Position numbers and translations under genes: made by a program | The notes under the pieces: generated by a model | Told to the model about the DNA's origin: nothing | The model's database searches: none | Seen by the model: the letters and a program-made list of their open reading frames with translations, nothing else | In this document: positions 38,755 to 52,800 of the stretch, in pieces | How positions within the stretch are numbered: position 1 is the first letter of the stretch | Layout: the number at the start of each line of letters is the position of its first letter | Assembly (NCBI GenBank): GCA_965644295.1 | Contig: CBFFRP010000578.1 | Span: 7,747-71,746, forward strand | DNA: 64,000 nucleotides | Direction: 5' to 3' | Origin: Paraphysomonas bandaiensis | Lineage: Eukaryota; Protista; Chrysophyceae

Positions 38755-39630
38755 ACATGAAAGCCTTACTATTGGCAGTAGGCGTCAAGAATCATATTGA
38801 AATTATGATTATTGAGAAGCGCAAGCTTGTGCATTGCCGCGACCAACCTAACAACTCGCACGACAGTGAGCATAACAGGATTCTTATCTAGTTACTATTG
38901 CATGCACCGGCAAGTGCTCAACTATACGACACGACGTAGTTAGCTATACAACACGACTTAGTTGCGTGTTTAAGCCGGATCATACGCTCCTGCCCAATCT
39001 ACTTGTCCTAACACAAACAACTTGCGGTCGGTGTCTTTGGCATATGTCTCGTGTATATGCGGCAGATATTTAGGGTATTCTTCAAGGTGGTGTTCACAGC
39101 AGTAGGTAGTCTGGAGGGAGAGTAGAATAGCAAAGCGGTCTCACTGGTGCAATTTTGCACGCTGACGCATGAAACAGATATCTACCAAAATCTGTTACAA
39201 ATTCAATCTGACTCCAATGTCTTCCCTCCATTATGTGCACTCGTCCAGCACATGCATCCACCTTGCACTCTTCTCCCGAGTGGCTTACGCTTGACGTCAA
39301 GAATCATAACCAGATAAGTAGCTACATGAAAATTATTCGATTAGGGTTAGGGTTAGATCGACTTCTACTTGTAACTAACTGCTGCAAATTCTCATATCCT
39401 ACTATGTAACGGTACGGAAGCTGCTTGTGCGTCACCGCAAGCACCAAGGTATGACCACTTCTGGTCTTGTGTGTGAAGGAGAAGCTCTCTATGGACGTGA
39501 GTCCATGAATTACGAAAGGATTTAGTCAGGGGGACGCCCCTTAGGGTAGGGCTCCGCAGGACTTTGTGGAGGCACTGTATTGCTTCCTCCTGCGTTTCCT
39601 ACTGCTTGAAGAGCTAGATGACGATATCGT
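38755..39630 (-). mobile_element. Older, diverged member of the 3'-tail retroposon family; hosts a nested insertion; 5' boundary unclear
   Basis: 38757-38796 joined to 39309-39470 aligns to the tail and hairpin at 28528-28718. The minus strand upstream encodes ...YPKGRPPD*. Confidence 0.75.
38797..39294 (-). mobile_element. 498-bp nested retroposon insertion
   Basis: 14-bp TSD CGTCAAGAATCATA (38783-38796 and 39295-39308), with tail TTGAAATTATGATTATT and a GCTTGTGC motif. Confidence 0.8.
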
Positions 39631-39639
39631 AATCATCAC

Positions 39640-39676
39640 ATATATGAAAGTCTGATTATTACATGAGTACGGTTGC
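39640..39676 (-). mobile_element. 37-bp severely 5'-truncated retroposon insertion
   Basis: 13-bp TSD TCGTAATCATCAC (39627-39639 and 39677-39689) around ATATATGAAAGTCTGATTATT..., the family tail. Confidence 0.75.
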
Positions 39677-40880
39677 TCGTAATCATCACGAGTAGGACGT
39701 GAGGTGTTTAGAGTCGATTAATCAGAGGATACTGCAGCATCGCTGTTAGCGTTTGTGTCACCCTCAAATTCAGTAGTTGGCGATACATCATCCGAGTATG
39801 AATACATGGATGTCGCATTACCACGGAAGAAATGGTCCCCACGATCCGCCATGAGGTCGTAATGTGGTGGCCGTACAACTGATTTACCTTTAAATAATAA
39901 TAATCTCGATTCTACTGTTCATAAAGGTACACCTGCTGTGAAAGACATCCTCGGAAACTTCTTCGACCAATTACTACCCTTCATATATTTCTCATTACCT
40001 TAATCATTGAGGCCCTTCCTAATAAAACTGATCAAATAGTCTTCCATCCTGGGTGATCAGAGGATTCGCTCGCCTAGGCATCTTGCCATAGTGGAGATCT
40101 TTCTCCTCGTAGCCTGTTTACTTCTCTTCGGCATGTTGAATAGTATTATAATGATATATACATATATAGGTGATATAATATCTTTATATTATAGTACTCT
40201 GCTCCCAAAATATGCAGCCAATAAAAGCGAATAAACATCTCCCAAGGGCGGTGACATTTTCAAACCTACTAAATTTTCCACTTTTTCCTACTAAATTTTG
40301 CATCTGTTACTACTAAAAATGAACGTTGAGCCGTATTTAAAGTTAGTAGAGTATCGAATAAAATTCTTAACTTAGTTGGAATGTCTGCAAATTAAGTAGG
40401 CTCAACTGCCATTTTTAATTTAATAGGGATGTCAGCAAAATTTAGAATGAACAAATGGCGCTTTTTGGTTTAGTTTAGTTTATTTGAATATATATTATAA
40501 CGAAAGTTTAGTCCAGTGGGCAAATATAGATGTTTACATTCTCATCGACCTTACCTTTGGATTATACTATTGAACCATGGCTTCATATAGCGTCCCTCGA
40601 ACAGCTCTAGTTAATTCCTATCGGAAATAATAGCTCTGCTGATCATATTATCTCAATATAACAATATCGTTATTTGCTGGCGACAAAAATACATGACTAA
40701 ACATTCTTATTACATATAAACTATAAAGCAAATACGAATTGAACTAGACATTGGCAGTTGTCTTGTAAATACTTATAATATGGTAAATTTCTGAAAATTC
40801 TGATCGCAGCTCAAAAAGAGCAAACCTACTTTAAACTACAAACAACCAAAATATTTGAGATATATATATCTCAATTCTAA

Positions 40881-43800
40881 TTACAGTAAACTTGAGAATG
40901 TATGATTAATATCGTCATTGTGACTGTTGTCTTCAAACAAAACACCAGCACTCGGAGAAGGGTCACTTTTCCACTCTATATTAACAGACCCAACGCTCAA
41001 AGTATGTGGCTCTCCGGGGCTACGGTCGAGTCCCCTCATAGAGACCTCCCTCCCAAGATATTTGATCGTCTCCTCCAACTCTGTGCTATCCACAGTTGAA
41101 GACGACTCTGATGAATCATCTTGGCCTTTTTCTATGTCTGAGGTATCATTGTCATCGTCCCCATGTACTGTAGGTACCGCAGCAAATTGAACAGACCGGC
41201 CTCGTTTGGTATCAGCATCATCATCTTTTGCTCCCAAAGATGTATTATTTCCTGAAGAGTCTGTTGCATTCTTCGCGGATGACATTTCTTCCAACCCTTT
41301 GCTGGACCCGGAGGCTTCGGTCAAAAACTCTGCTCCAGACACACCGTCCATGTCACTATCACTAGAATTTTCTATAATATCCTTTCCATACCAGTCATCA
41401 AGGTCATGGACATCCGTCTTCGTGCCACCAACAAGACTATGGGCACTTTCCCATGTATGGTGGAATTGCTGATGTGCTTGTTGATAAAGAGGAATCGCAT
41501 CAAGATACTTTCCTTGTGCACTTAATACTTCGGCCAGGCCGTTAATGACCTCAACCTTTTCCATGGGGTCCACAACGTCAAGGTTGAACTCATCATCTTC
41601 AACACTCTGAAGATTCAGTGCCTTCCTAAATGTTTCTTCGGCGTCCTCAAGGTTCCCGTCATCTCTCAATTCTTTCGCACGCAGTAACAGGAGATGGTGG
41701 GCTTGTCCAGTTGGCACAGAATCGTGATTAGCGTACTTCTCTTCTAGCTGTTGGCGATCATATGATCGCTTCAAAAAGTACAAGCCGATACACAACAAAC
41801 AGCATAAGAATAAAATTGGGAAGGCAATAGAGTATATCAGTGTCCTAGTTTCTACCACTGCATCATCAGCAGATGATTTTATGACAGGAACTGGAACTGG
41901 TGCTGGGGTGGGACTTTCGTTTCTATCGCTCTCATAAGTTGCATTTTTTTCAAACTCGAGAACGGTACCCAATAATACTGAACTTTCGGTTGAAAAGGCG
42001 TATTCTTTCTCACCACTCACAGACTGCAATCTTCTATGGCGCCGATCGGATGTATGGAATGCATTGAAGGAGACGGGACATGAGCACGTGGTCGAAACAC
42101 CATCGAACTTAACCACATTGCAGCTCGAATCCTCTGCTCCGGTTCCATCTGCGCATATGGGGAGGGTATTATAAAGGGGACAGGACACGGTCCACGTTCC
42201 AAGAGAATTCGCTAGACATTCAACTTCTACAACAGTAGATAAGCCATTTGTAACATCTGCACTACAGAAATACTCTTGTGTGGAAAACGACGGCTCTTTC
42301 TCGCAATACAGTTCCACTTGGTGAACTTCGTTTAAATGTGTCACATCACTGCTTACATTGCGCGAATGGGGCATTGTCGTCCACACAGAAGCCTCCTCGC
42401 TGACAGACACGTTTTCAGTCGTACTAAGCATGATCGAAGATATGGTGCGGCCAGCTGCACTAATGACAGTGCATGTTGCGTTCTCGACTTCACAATCAGG
42501 CTCAACAATGTCACTGAATGTAGATACTTGCAAGATATACTTCGCGGCAATGTTCAAGTCGAAGAAGTTAAGCACCTCAGAGAAATTAGATGGTGGAATA
42601 GGCTTCTCATTCGATAACGGAAAACCGGCTATGGAATTCGACAACGTAAATGGCCATCCAATAGCCACATATACACTGAACTCACTGTACACTCCGCTTG
42701 CTTCTTCGCCGACCAATAATATATCAATAATATTTTCGGTGATAAGATCAACTAAATCCGGTACCGAGTACATATTAGACAAATCAAGTTTTCGTCTCTG
42801 GCCAGATGCACCGGCCTTTGCAGCAGCAGAGTCTAACGTATTCACGCAGGAGAGTAAACTTAAAGCAGTGTCGACGCTTTGAAACTCAGACTGTATAAAT
42901 ATATTGCTAACTTCTGACGAGTATACTATGGCAGCTTCAATGACAGCCGGGAATTCACCAGTTTGGACAACAGTACCATTCGCAAATAGAGAGCAGAGAC
43001 TTATGGCAGATTCAATGTACAGCGAATTTTCCGTAAATTCAATTTCATTCAAATGAGATGTCACAATGTCAATTAGAGAAAATATGATGTCAGCAATATT
43101 AGCTTTATCATTATCTCCATTTAAGCTGATATAATGTTCTACGGCAATATGTGCAGAGGCTGCACTCTGAAAGAGTAGGTTGTAATCTCTTATGCCTGTG
43201 GCATACTCAATTTCACTAACTATCTTGTCATTAAGAGTGTCAACACTAGCATAGTCACGGGGGGCGACAATAACATCAGTCGTACGCGACGTCGACGCGC
43301 CAAAGCGATCAAACACTGTGCCTTTCAGAGTAAGATAAAATTTTCCATCACGTAAAGACCCAGCTGGTAAATAGCTTGACACAAAAGAAAACTCAGAGAA
43401 TGCTGTAATAAGTGTACTATCGGTACCGGCGTTTAAGTAGGCAAATGAATACGAGAGAGGCAGATCATCGTCCTCACATAGAATGGATGCCATCGAAAAA
43501 TTTGTCCCTGAGGTGCCTGCTACCCCTTCTATAGGGAAAACATCAAAATCACCATAAAGAGGACCAGCGTTTACTTGTACAATGACAGATGTCACAGCAG
43601 CTGCACAGTCAGTGCAGTGGTTGGGATACACTGCTAGCTGAAATATATAGCTGACATCGCCATTAGCCAGAAATGTACGCGGCACTCTATGCGGAAACGA
43701 AAAAGTACCACCACTCGTAACTGTGAAGTTGAGCTCCGATAGAGTTGTGTCAGACGACAAGATGCTCCACACAGCAATGGCGTCTGACGATGAAATAACA

Positions 43801-46800
43801 GTCGACGACAGAATAATATCGTCATTCCAATTCACTACTCGATTACCACTCTGTTCATCACTTTCCAGCACAGAAACTTCCAGGACTGGGGTCGTCTTAT
43901 CTGCTGCTGTCGTAACCAGCTCAACAGTAGTCTCAGCTTTCGAAATCACATTGCTGATAAGAACCGTGAATTCATACGTGGCTGACGAATCCAAAGTGTT
44001 AGCGGGAATCGTAATCACTGATTTTGTACTCGAGACTCCATCTAAACCACATTCATCAAGCGCAGGGGAAACCTTAATACAATCCCAACTATATGACAGA
44101 TTTGATTCTTCTCCACGTTGTGTTCCCACACTTTCGTCGTAAGAAAATGACGCGTCCAGCTCAATCACATCACCCGCCGACTTGGTTACATAATTACCCC
44201 CGCGAATTAAAGGTACAATCGACCCATCTAGAACATAGACTCTCATTGAAGATGAAGCTGATGTCCCAGCTACTACATCAGTAACCACCAAAGTAATCTT
44301 ATAATCGGAGCCTGAAGCAAACGAATACGGCGCCGCGATGAAATTGAGAGGACTGGATGCCGTGTTAATGACGCTAGTTATTGTTTTTCCCGCACTCGAC
44401 ACAGTCCACTTGTACGACAAAGTACTACTTGTCGTGGACGTACCGCTACAAGTAGAGGGCGATGCTCTGGCGTGAATTGCAAATGTTTCATACGTGAATA
44501 TATTTCTTCGACGGCTGCCATCGAAAAGAACATGGGGGACAGTTGTTTTCAATCTCTTAACAACAGTAACTGAAGACGAGTCAGACGCTCCCAAGAAATT
44601 TTTCAACATTAACTTGAATTTGTAGGTTCTTCCAGAAGTTAAATATGAGCTCGGAATCTGTCGACATCGAGATTTTTCTGAGCAGGTCGAAAAAGCACTG
44701 TTCAAATAAGCGGTGACTTTTGCATCTGCCCCCTGAGTAAGTGACTCCGCAGACCATACAGCTTCAGTCCAATTTCTTCCTCCACTTCCACTAGATTGTT
44801 CGTAGGAAAGTTGCAGCGACGAACAGGCAGATATCCACTGAGGGGCGGTTATTCGCACAGTTGGAATAATTGGATCTAGTGGAGCTTCAATTTCTACTTC
44901 CGCAGCAGGAGATGCGCCATACGATGGGCAAGTCGTCGAGCCAGCAGTACAAGCCGCTGTTACCACACCGGGAAGTAAACTAAGTGAACTTCCGACTGAA
45001 GGGACAGGTGAAAGAAGCGCTGGTAATGCAGCCTTGATCTCTCTGTCAGACAAGAAAGTACAAGATGAATCACTCGCTCCAGCAAAGGAGAATATTCGGT
45101 CACATGAAAACACTGTATCAAATAAACCCCCATTCATTCCCATATCTGTTCTAGAGTCGAAAGTAATCACAAGAGACGCACCCGAATTCGAAAATTTGGC
45201 CGCTAGCAGCGTAGGGGGTTCAGGTGTAACATCAGTTCCATAGGCTTGAATTACAACATACTCATCTGCACTGTATGATGACGACACATTAACGTAGTAC
45301 TCTTCAGCACTATCTCCTGACACATTAAGTGTCACATAATAGCACCCAGCATCTAAGGGGTATATTCTAAACGCCTTGGAAGCATCGATAGACGATGTAC
45401 TGGTAAACAATATCTGCGAGGGAATAACACTAGCGGTAGAGACCGTTAAACTGTCGGGTGATATCAGCAAACTGCACTGCCCGGACTGTGGCAGGGGCGC
45501 GAAATAAGTTTGCACACCAATTTCTACAGCTTTCGACGGCCTGTCGTTTAATATTATAGAAAATTTCGAGGACGACTGAGCCGTAGGAATACGATAACCA
45601 GAATACGATAGGTATATGGCCTTTAGTCCGAGTATGGTCGATTTTACCGCCATGTCATATACGGTACTTAAAGCAGTTTTCTCGGCGCCGGATTCTTGCT
45701 TTAAAACTGACTCAGTATAGCACAAAATCGTGTAATTGACACCAATAGCCAATTTAGTCAATTCCACTTCGAAACTACCCGGTCCACTCGCATAGCCACG
45801 AACCCCACTAACCATGATACTTTCCACACTCGTGATTACTGGAAGTCCGTCGTATGCAGCACAATACAGATACCCTTCGGCAGAAATATTGTGTAACGTG
45901 ACAACAATACTTCTCATGTTGAAATTAGGAGCAGTGGAAATATGAGAAAAAGTAGGTGGAGTTGTTAGTGATTCAATATCCATACACATACCCGAGGATC
46001 TACCACCGACACCATAACAAGCCACGTCCGTAGGGAATGCTAAATTACTGCCACAATCGCAAGGTGTTTCACAATCAACACATACTCTTAACGTAGAGTC
46101 ACTACACATTTCAGTTTTCCATGAATGACCACTGCATTCCACAACACCATCAACTTCTTCGCTCAATGCAGTGTAGAATGAAGTTAAACTTTGCTCGTCA
46201 TCACAAACAATATGCCTAGAATAAGAGTTCGCCCTTGAGCAACCAGAGCAATTAGCACCAGCAACTACCACGGATACTGAACGTGGTATTTTGAAATTGT
46301 AATCTACAGTTGCGTTCGCCAAGAAGCTTCGCCACATACTCGCACCTCCACTACGCTGATCTCCATACCACACACTATCCTTGTAACGGTAATCGCACGA
46401 TGGCCCGTTAATAATCTCATCAACAATGCTTTCCGCCAATTCGATATCGTATGTAATTGTAGGTGTCGCAGAAGCACGTACTGTGGGCTTGCTTGTCGGG
46501 AAATAGGTTGGCAAAAAGGTATCATCGAAGCTACAACTATTCAATAACTGGTAAAATTGAGCCGAGATATTAGGATCAAAAATACTAATAGATAATGTAG
46601 ATGAAATCTGTGCTTTTGTGGAAGAACGGATTAGCAAATCACCATCAACATCCGAAGAAAAAAAAGAATGAACATTCACATGAATATTGGGATATGAGAC
46701 AACATTCACAGACGACACAGACTGCCCAACAAATGGTGAACTGTATAAAACACGAATAGCATCATTTAGAAAATCCGTCACAAAGAGAACAGGACGATTC

Positions 46801-49800
46801 AGGTGTGAATAAGCGTAAGATATAGTCAATGGATAGGAAAACTCCGCTACATCACCCCACCCATCACGATACCCTCCAGCAGTAGTGTATACATCACTGC
46901 CATTACGATCCTGAGAAAAGTCATAGCCAGCATACGTACTCACGTAACCCGAATACACCGAATACTTACGAACAGTCATCGAACCTACATTGAAATCATC
47001 GAATTCACTTCCAAACTCAGAAAAACTTTCAGTAAAATACAAAGAATCACCCACGGGATCATACGTAATGCTAGACGGAAATGCCAATAGGGCACTCGTA
47101 CCAAATCCATCCTGCAGATATGGAGTGGGATCATCAGAACCAATGCCTCCATACGTCACACTAGGATCTCCAGCCAAAACCGTTATCTCAGAGTAGTGAC
47201 TCACACCCATAGGTATCCGTAACAATAAATTCAAACCCAACGATACTGTCACATATATCATGCCATGGCTCTCCACAGCTGCTACCCCAAATATATACAC
47301 ATTATTAGGCCAAGAATTAGCTGTCTTGAACGCAGTTAATGCTGTGTACTCATTACGAACATATGCTGATATCGAGGTGGAACTCGTGTCTCGAGTAAGG
47401 TTAAACAGCTTCGTCCGATCAGTCACATATAGATACGATCCGGCCTTATCAACATCCATACCAGGAAAGCGACCTCCAGTGCTTAGGCCATCAGATTCAG
47501 TGAACACGAATCTATCTCCAGCACTATTCGATACCGTGTATACATATCGTGTGGCGAAGTCAAGTATACGAATGAGTTTGCTATCATCGCTACAAACATA
47601 TAGTAAATCTGAGTCGTTGTCATACTTCATTTTGCTGACTTTGCTGAAAGATGTGTTACTGTTTTCAAAGTTTCCATCTTCACTGCCGCCACTTGGTCCT
47701 CCTGTTACAAATTTTGTCTTTGACGAGAAGTCCAATATATTACCATTCGTTATCGTCCCATTTACAAATAATATTTTGCTTGCAATCGAAACAAAAAAAC
47801 CGGATACTCCAGAGTAATATCCAGGCTCCACACCAACTGCTCCATTTATATTTGCTAAAGTGGAGACGTTGACGACTCTACCATCCACGGTTGGCAAAAC
47901 CGAAGGATTACAAGTCACAGTAGGATGGATAGTTGGCAAAATGCTTGGTAAAGGAGACGGAAAAAGGGTAGGTGGGAGAGTATTATTCACAGCCTTAGAC
48001 CCAACCGCAGTATAAACAACGCGAATAGCATCATTTAGAAAATCCGTCACAAAGAGAACAGGACGATTCAGGTGTGAATAAGCGTAAGATATAGTCAATG
48101 GATAGGAAAACTCCGCTACACCACCCCACCCATCACGATACCCTCCAGCAGTGTAATATGAACCATCCTCATTACGATCCTGAGAAAAGTCATAGCCAGC
48201 ATACGTACTCACGTAACCTGAATACACCGAATACTTACGTACAGTCATCGAACCTACATTGAAATCATCGAATTCACTTCCAAGCTCAGAAAAACTTTCA
48301 GTGAAATACAAAGAATCACCCACGGGATCATACGTAATGCTAGACGGAAATGCCAATAGAGCACTCGTACCAAATCCATCCTGCAGATATGGAGTGGGAT
48401 CATCAGAACCAATGCCTCCATACGTCACACTAGGATCTCCAGCCAAAACCGTTATCTCAGAGTAGTGACTCACGCCCATAGGTATCCGTAACAATAAATT
48501 CAAACCCAACGATACTGTCACATATATCATGCCATGGCTCTCCACAGCTGCTACCCCAAATATATACACATTATTAGGCCAAGAATTAGCTGTCTTGAAC
48601 GCAGTTAATGCTGTGTACTCATTACGAACATATGCTGATATCGAGGTGGAACTCGTGTCTCGAGTAAGGTTAAACAGCTTCGTCCGATCAGTCACATATA
48701 GATACGATCCGGCCTTATCAACATCCATACCAGGAAAGCGACCTCCAGTGCTTAGACCATCAGATTCAGTGAACACGAATCTATCTCCAGCACTATTCGA
48801 TACCGTGTATACATATCGTGTGGCGAAGTCAAGTATACGAACAAGTCTTTGTTCTGCAGAAACAGTGACGTATAACGTATTTGTTGAGGCGTCATACTTC
48901 ATCGTTCCAATATTTTCGAATCCTACTTCATTACTTTCAAATGATCCATCTTGGTTTCCATGCGCAGTTGAACCTCCAGCAACCTTAACAATAAAGGGAG
49001 GGTGGTTTGTGGCGGAATTTTCAATGGTGGATTGGTTGATAAACATTATCTCGTTAGTGATGGTGGTATAAAATACTCCCGACATGTTCATGTAACTACC
49101 ATATTCAACACCAATAGATCTATTTGCTGTAATCGCTACGGATGACACATTTATAAATTTGTAGTCCACTGTGGGAGTCAGAGTTGGGGGAAAAGTCGAG
49201 GGACTCAGAGTAGGAATTGAAGTTGGTATGGGTGAAGGCGCCACCGATACCACCTGGGTTGGTAGCATACTAGGGGCAGAACTAGGAAATGATGACGGAA
49301 GACAAGTTGGTAAATCCGTCGGAAATTTAGTTGGTATAACCGTTGGTCTCAATGTAGGCGAAATCGTCGGTGGAGAAGACTCTATCGATCTTACAACTCC
49401 TACTCCAGTATAAACAACGCGAATAGCATCATTTAGAAAATCCGTCACAAAGAGAACAGGACGATTCAGGTGTGAATAAGCGTAAGATATAGTCAATGGA
49501 TAGGAAAACTCCGCTACACCACCCCACCCATCACGATACCCTCCAGCAGTGTAATATGAACCATCCTCATTACGATCCTGAGAAAAGTCATAGCCAGCAT
49601 ACGTACTCACGTAACCCGAATACACCGAATACTTACGAACAGTCATCGAACCTACATTGAAATCATCGAATTCACTTCCAAACTCAGAAAAACTTTCAGT
49701 GAAATACAAAGAATCACCCACAGGATCATACGTAATGCTAGACGGAAATGCCAATAGAGCACTCGTACCAAATCCATCCTGCAGATATGGAGTGGGATCA

Positions 49801-52800
49801 TCAGAACCAATGCCTCCATACGTCACACTAGGATCTCCAGCCAAAACCGTTATATCAGAGTAGTGACTCACGCCCATAGGTATCCGTAACAATAAATTCA
49901 AACCCAACGATACTGTCACATATATCATGCCATGGCTCTCCACAGCTGCTACCCCAAATATATACACATTATTAGGCCAAGAATTAGCTGTCTTGAACGC
50001 AGTTAATGCTGTGTACTCATTACGAACATATGCTGATATCGAGGTGGAACTCGTGTCTCGAGTAAGGTTAAACAGCTTCGTCCGATCAGTCACATATAGA
50101 TACGATCCGGCCTTATCAACATCCATACCAGGAAAGCGACCACCAGTACTCAGTCCGTCGTACTCAGTGAACTCGTAAGTATTTCCAGTGACATTCGATA
50201 CTGTGTATGCAATACCTGATTTTAAATCTAATGATCGTATTTTTCGATATGTATCATCACACGCATATATAATATCATTAGCATTATCATGTATTATGCT
50301 TCCAATTGTTGGTTCTCCACTGAGATTGGGTCCATCCTGGAAGTCCTCTGTACTAATATTGACAATGGTAACAAACATTGGTACTCTGTCTGAACGATAT
50401 GACCCGATACCGGTGTCATTGACGAACAACACTGCTGTTCCAGTTGTAACAAAAAGTCCCGATGCACCCATGTATAGTCCTGATGCTAAACCAACCATAC
50501 CCTTCATATTCTCAGATAGAGTGGACACATTGACAAACCGATAATCGTGTGTCGGGGATAATGTCGGACCTGTCGGGCTACAAGAGGGTGTGGCAGTGGG
50601 GACTGATGTCGTTGGCAGCGAAGTTGGGGTAGAGGAGGGTAAGACAGAGGGAATGACAATTGGGCATATCGTTGGAGACGAAGTAGGACTCCACGATGGT
50701 GAAAGAGATGGAGGCGATGATGGTACATCAGTTTGTGCAGCTGAGGGGTGTGAGGTGGGTACATATGTAGGGCTACTACTGGGATGACATGAAGGATTAG
50801 TGGTTGGACTTGGAGTAGGATCACATGTCGACAACAGAGTAGGCTTCAGTGTCGGCGTAGTGGTAGGATGTCGAGTGGGGGTGGCAGAAGGAGAGCATAT
50901 TGGTCCCATAGTCGGCTCAAAAGTAGGAGTTCCACTTGGTAAAAAGGTTGGAGCGGCTGAAGGTGTGCAACTCGGGATGCCAGTTGGATGTAAAGACGGT
51001 GTATGGGAGGGAGTATGAGAGGGAATAGCCGTTACACTAGCGGTTGGGTAGGCGGTCGGGACTCCAGAAGGGCTACTGGACGGATTGATACTTGGCACAA
51101 TAGAGGGACAAAAAGATGGAAAACATGATGGACAAATCGTTGGCCTACTATTAGAAGGCTGAGATGTCGGGAAAGAGGTTGGGGAGTATACGGAATACAC
51201 AACGCGAATAGCATCATTTAGAAAATCCGTCACAAAGAGAACAGGACGATTCAGGTGTGAATAAGCGTAGGATATAGTCAATGGATAGGAAAACTCCGCT
51301 ACACCACCCCGCCCATCACGATACCCTCCAGCAGTAGTGTATACGTCACTGCCATTACGATCCTGTGAAAAGTCATAGCCAGCATACGTACTCACGTAAC
51401 CCGAATACACCGAATACTTACGAACAGTCATCGAACCTACATTGAAATCATCGAACTCACTTCCAAGCTCAGAAAAACTTTCAGTGAAATACAAAGAATC
51501 ACCCACGGGATCATACGTAATGCTAGACGGAAATGCCAATAGGGCACTCGTACCAAATCCATCCTGCAGATATGGAGTGGGATCATCAGAACCAATGCCT
51601 CCATACGTCACACTAGGATCTCCAGCCAAAACCGTTATCTCAGAGTAGTGACTCACACCCATAGGTATCCGTAACAATAAATTCAAACCCAACGATACTG
51701 TCACATATATCATGCCATGGCTCTCCACAGCTGCTACCCCAAATATATACACATTATTAGGCCAAGAATTAGCTGTCTTGAACGCAGTTAATGCTGTGTA
51801 CTCATTACGAACATATGCTGATATCGAGGTGGAACTCGTGTCTCGAGTAAGGTTAAACAGCTTCGTCCGATCAGTCACATATAGATACGATCCGGCCTTA
51901 TCAACATCCATACCAGGAAAGCGACCTCCAGTGCTCAGGCCATCAGATTTGGTGAACACGAATCTATCTCCAGCACTATTCGATACCGTGTATACATATC
52001 GTGTGGCGAAGTCAAGTATACGAACAAGTCTTTCTTTGTCACCACAGGCGAATAGGATGTCGGAGTCATCGTCGTATTTCATTCTGTTTACGTCATCGAA
52101 ATGGGCTTCACCGTTGTCGAAAGAACCATCTGTACTTGCTTTTACACTTCCACCAGCAACATGTATAGCAGATATATTGAATCTGATGTTCGTGGATTCG
52201 ACATCGTACTTGTTAATAAACACTATCTTATTGGCGATTGAAACAAAAACACCAGCCATATTTATATATTGTCCCGGTTCAACCGAAACAACACTACCTA
52301 AACTGAAATAAGTAGAAACATTAATGACTGTGTTATCCGTTGTAGGAAGAACGGATGGCAAATTAGTAAGACCTAGAGAAGGCAACATAGTCGGATTACG
52401 TGAAGGGAACATTGTTGGCTTCCTAGTTGGAGGACTTGTAACTGCTGAAGGAACAGCACCAATACCAGTATAAACAACGCGAATAGCATCATTTAGAAAA
52501 TCCGTCACAAAGAGAACAGGACGATTCAGGTGTGAATAAGCGTAAGATATAGTCAATGGATAGGAAAACTCCGCTACACCACCCCACCCATCACGATACC
52601 CTCCAGCAGTAGTATATACGTCACTGCCATTACGATCCTGTGAAAAGTCATAGCCAGCATACGTACTCACGTAACCCGAATACACCGAATACTTACGTAC
52701 AGTCATCGAACCTACATTGAAATCATCGAATTCACTTCCAAGCTCAGAAAAACTTTCAGTGAAATACAAAGAATCACCCACGGGATCATACGTAATGCTA

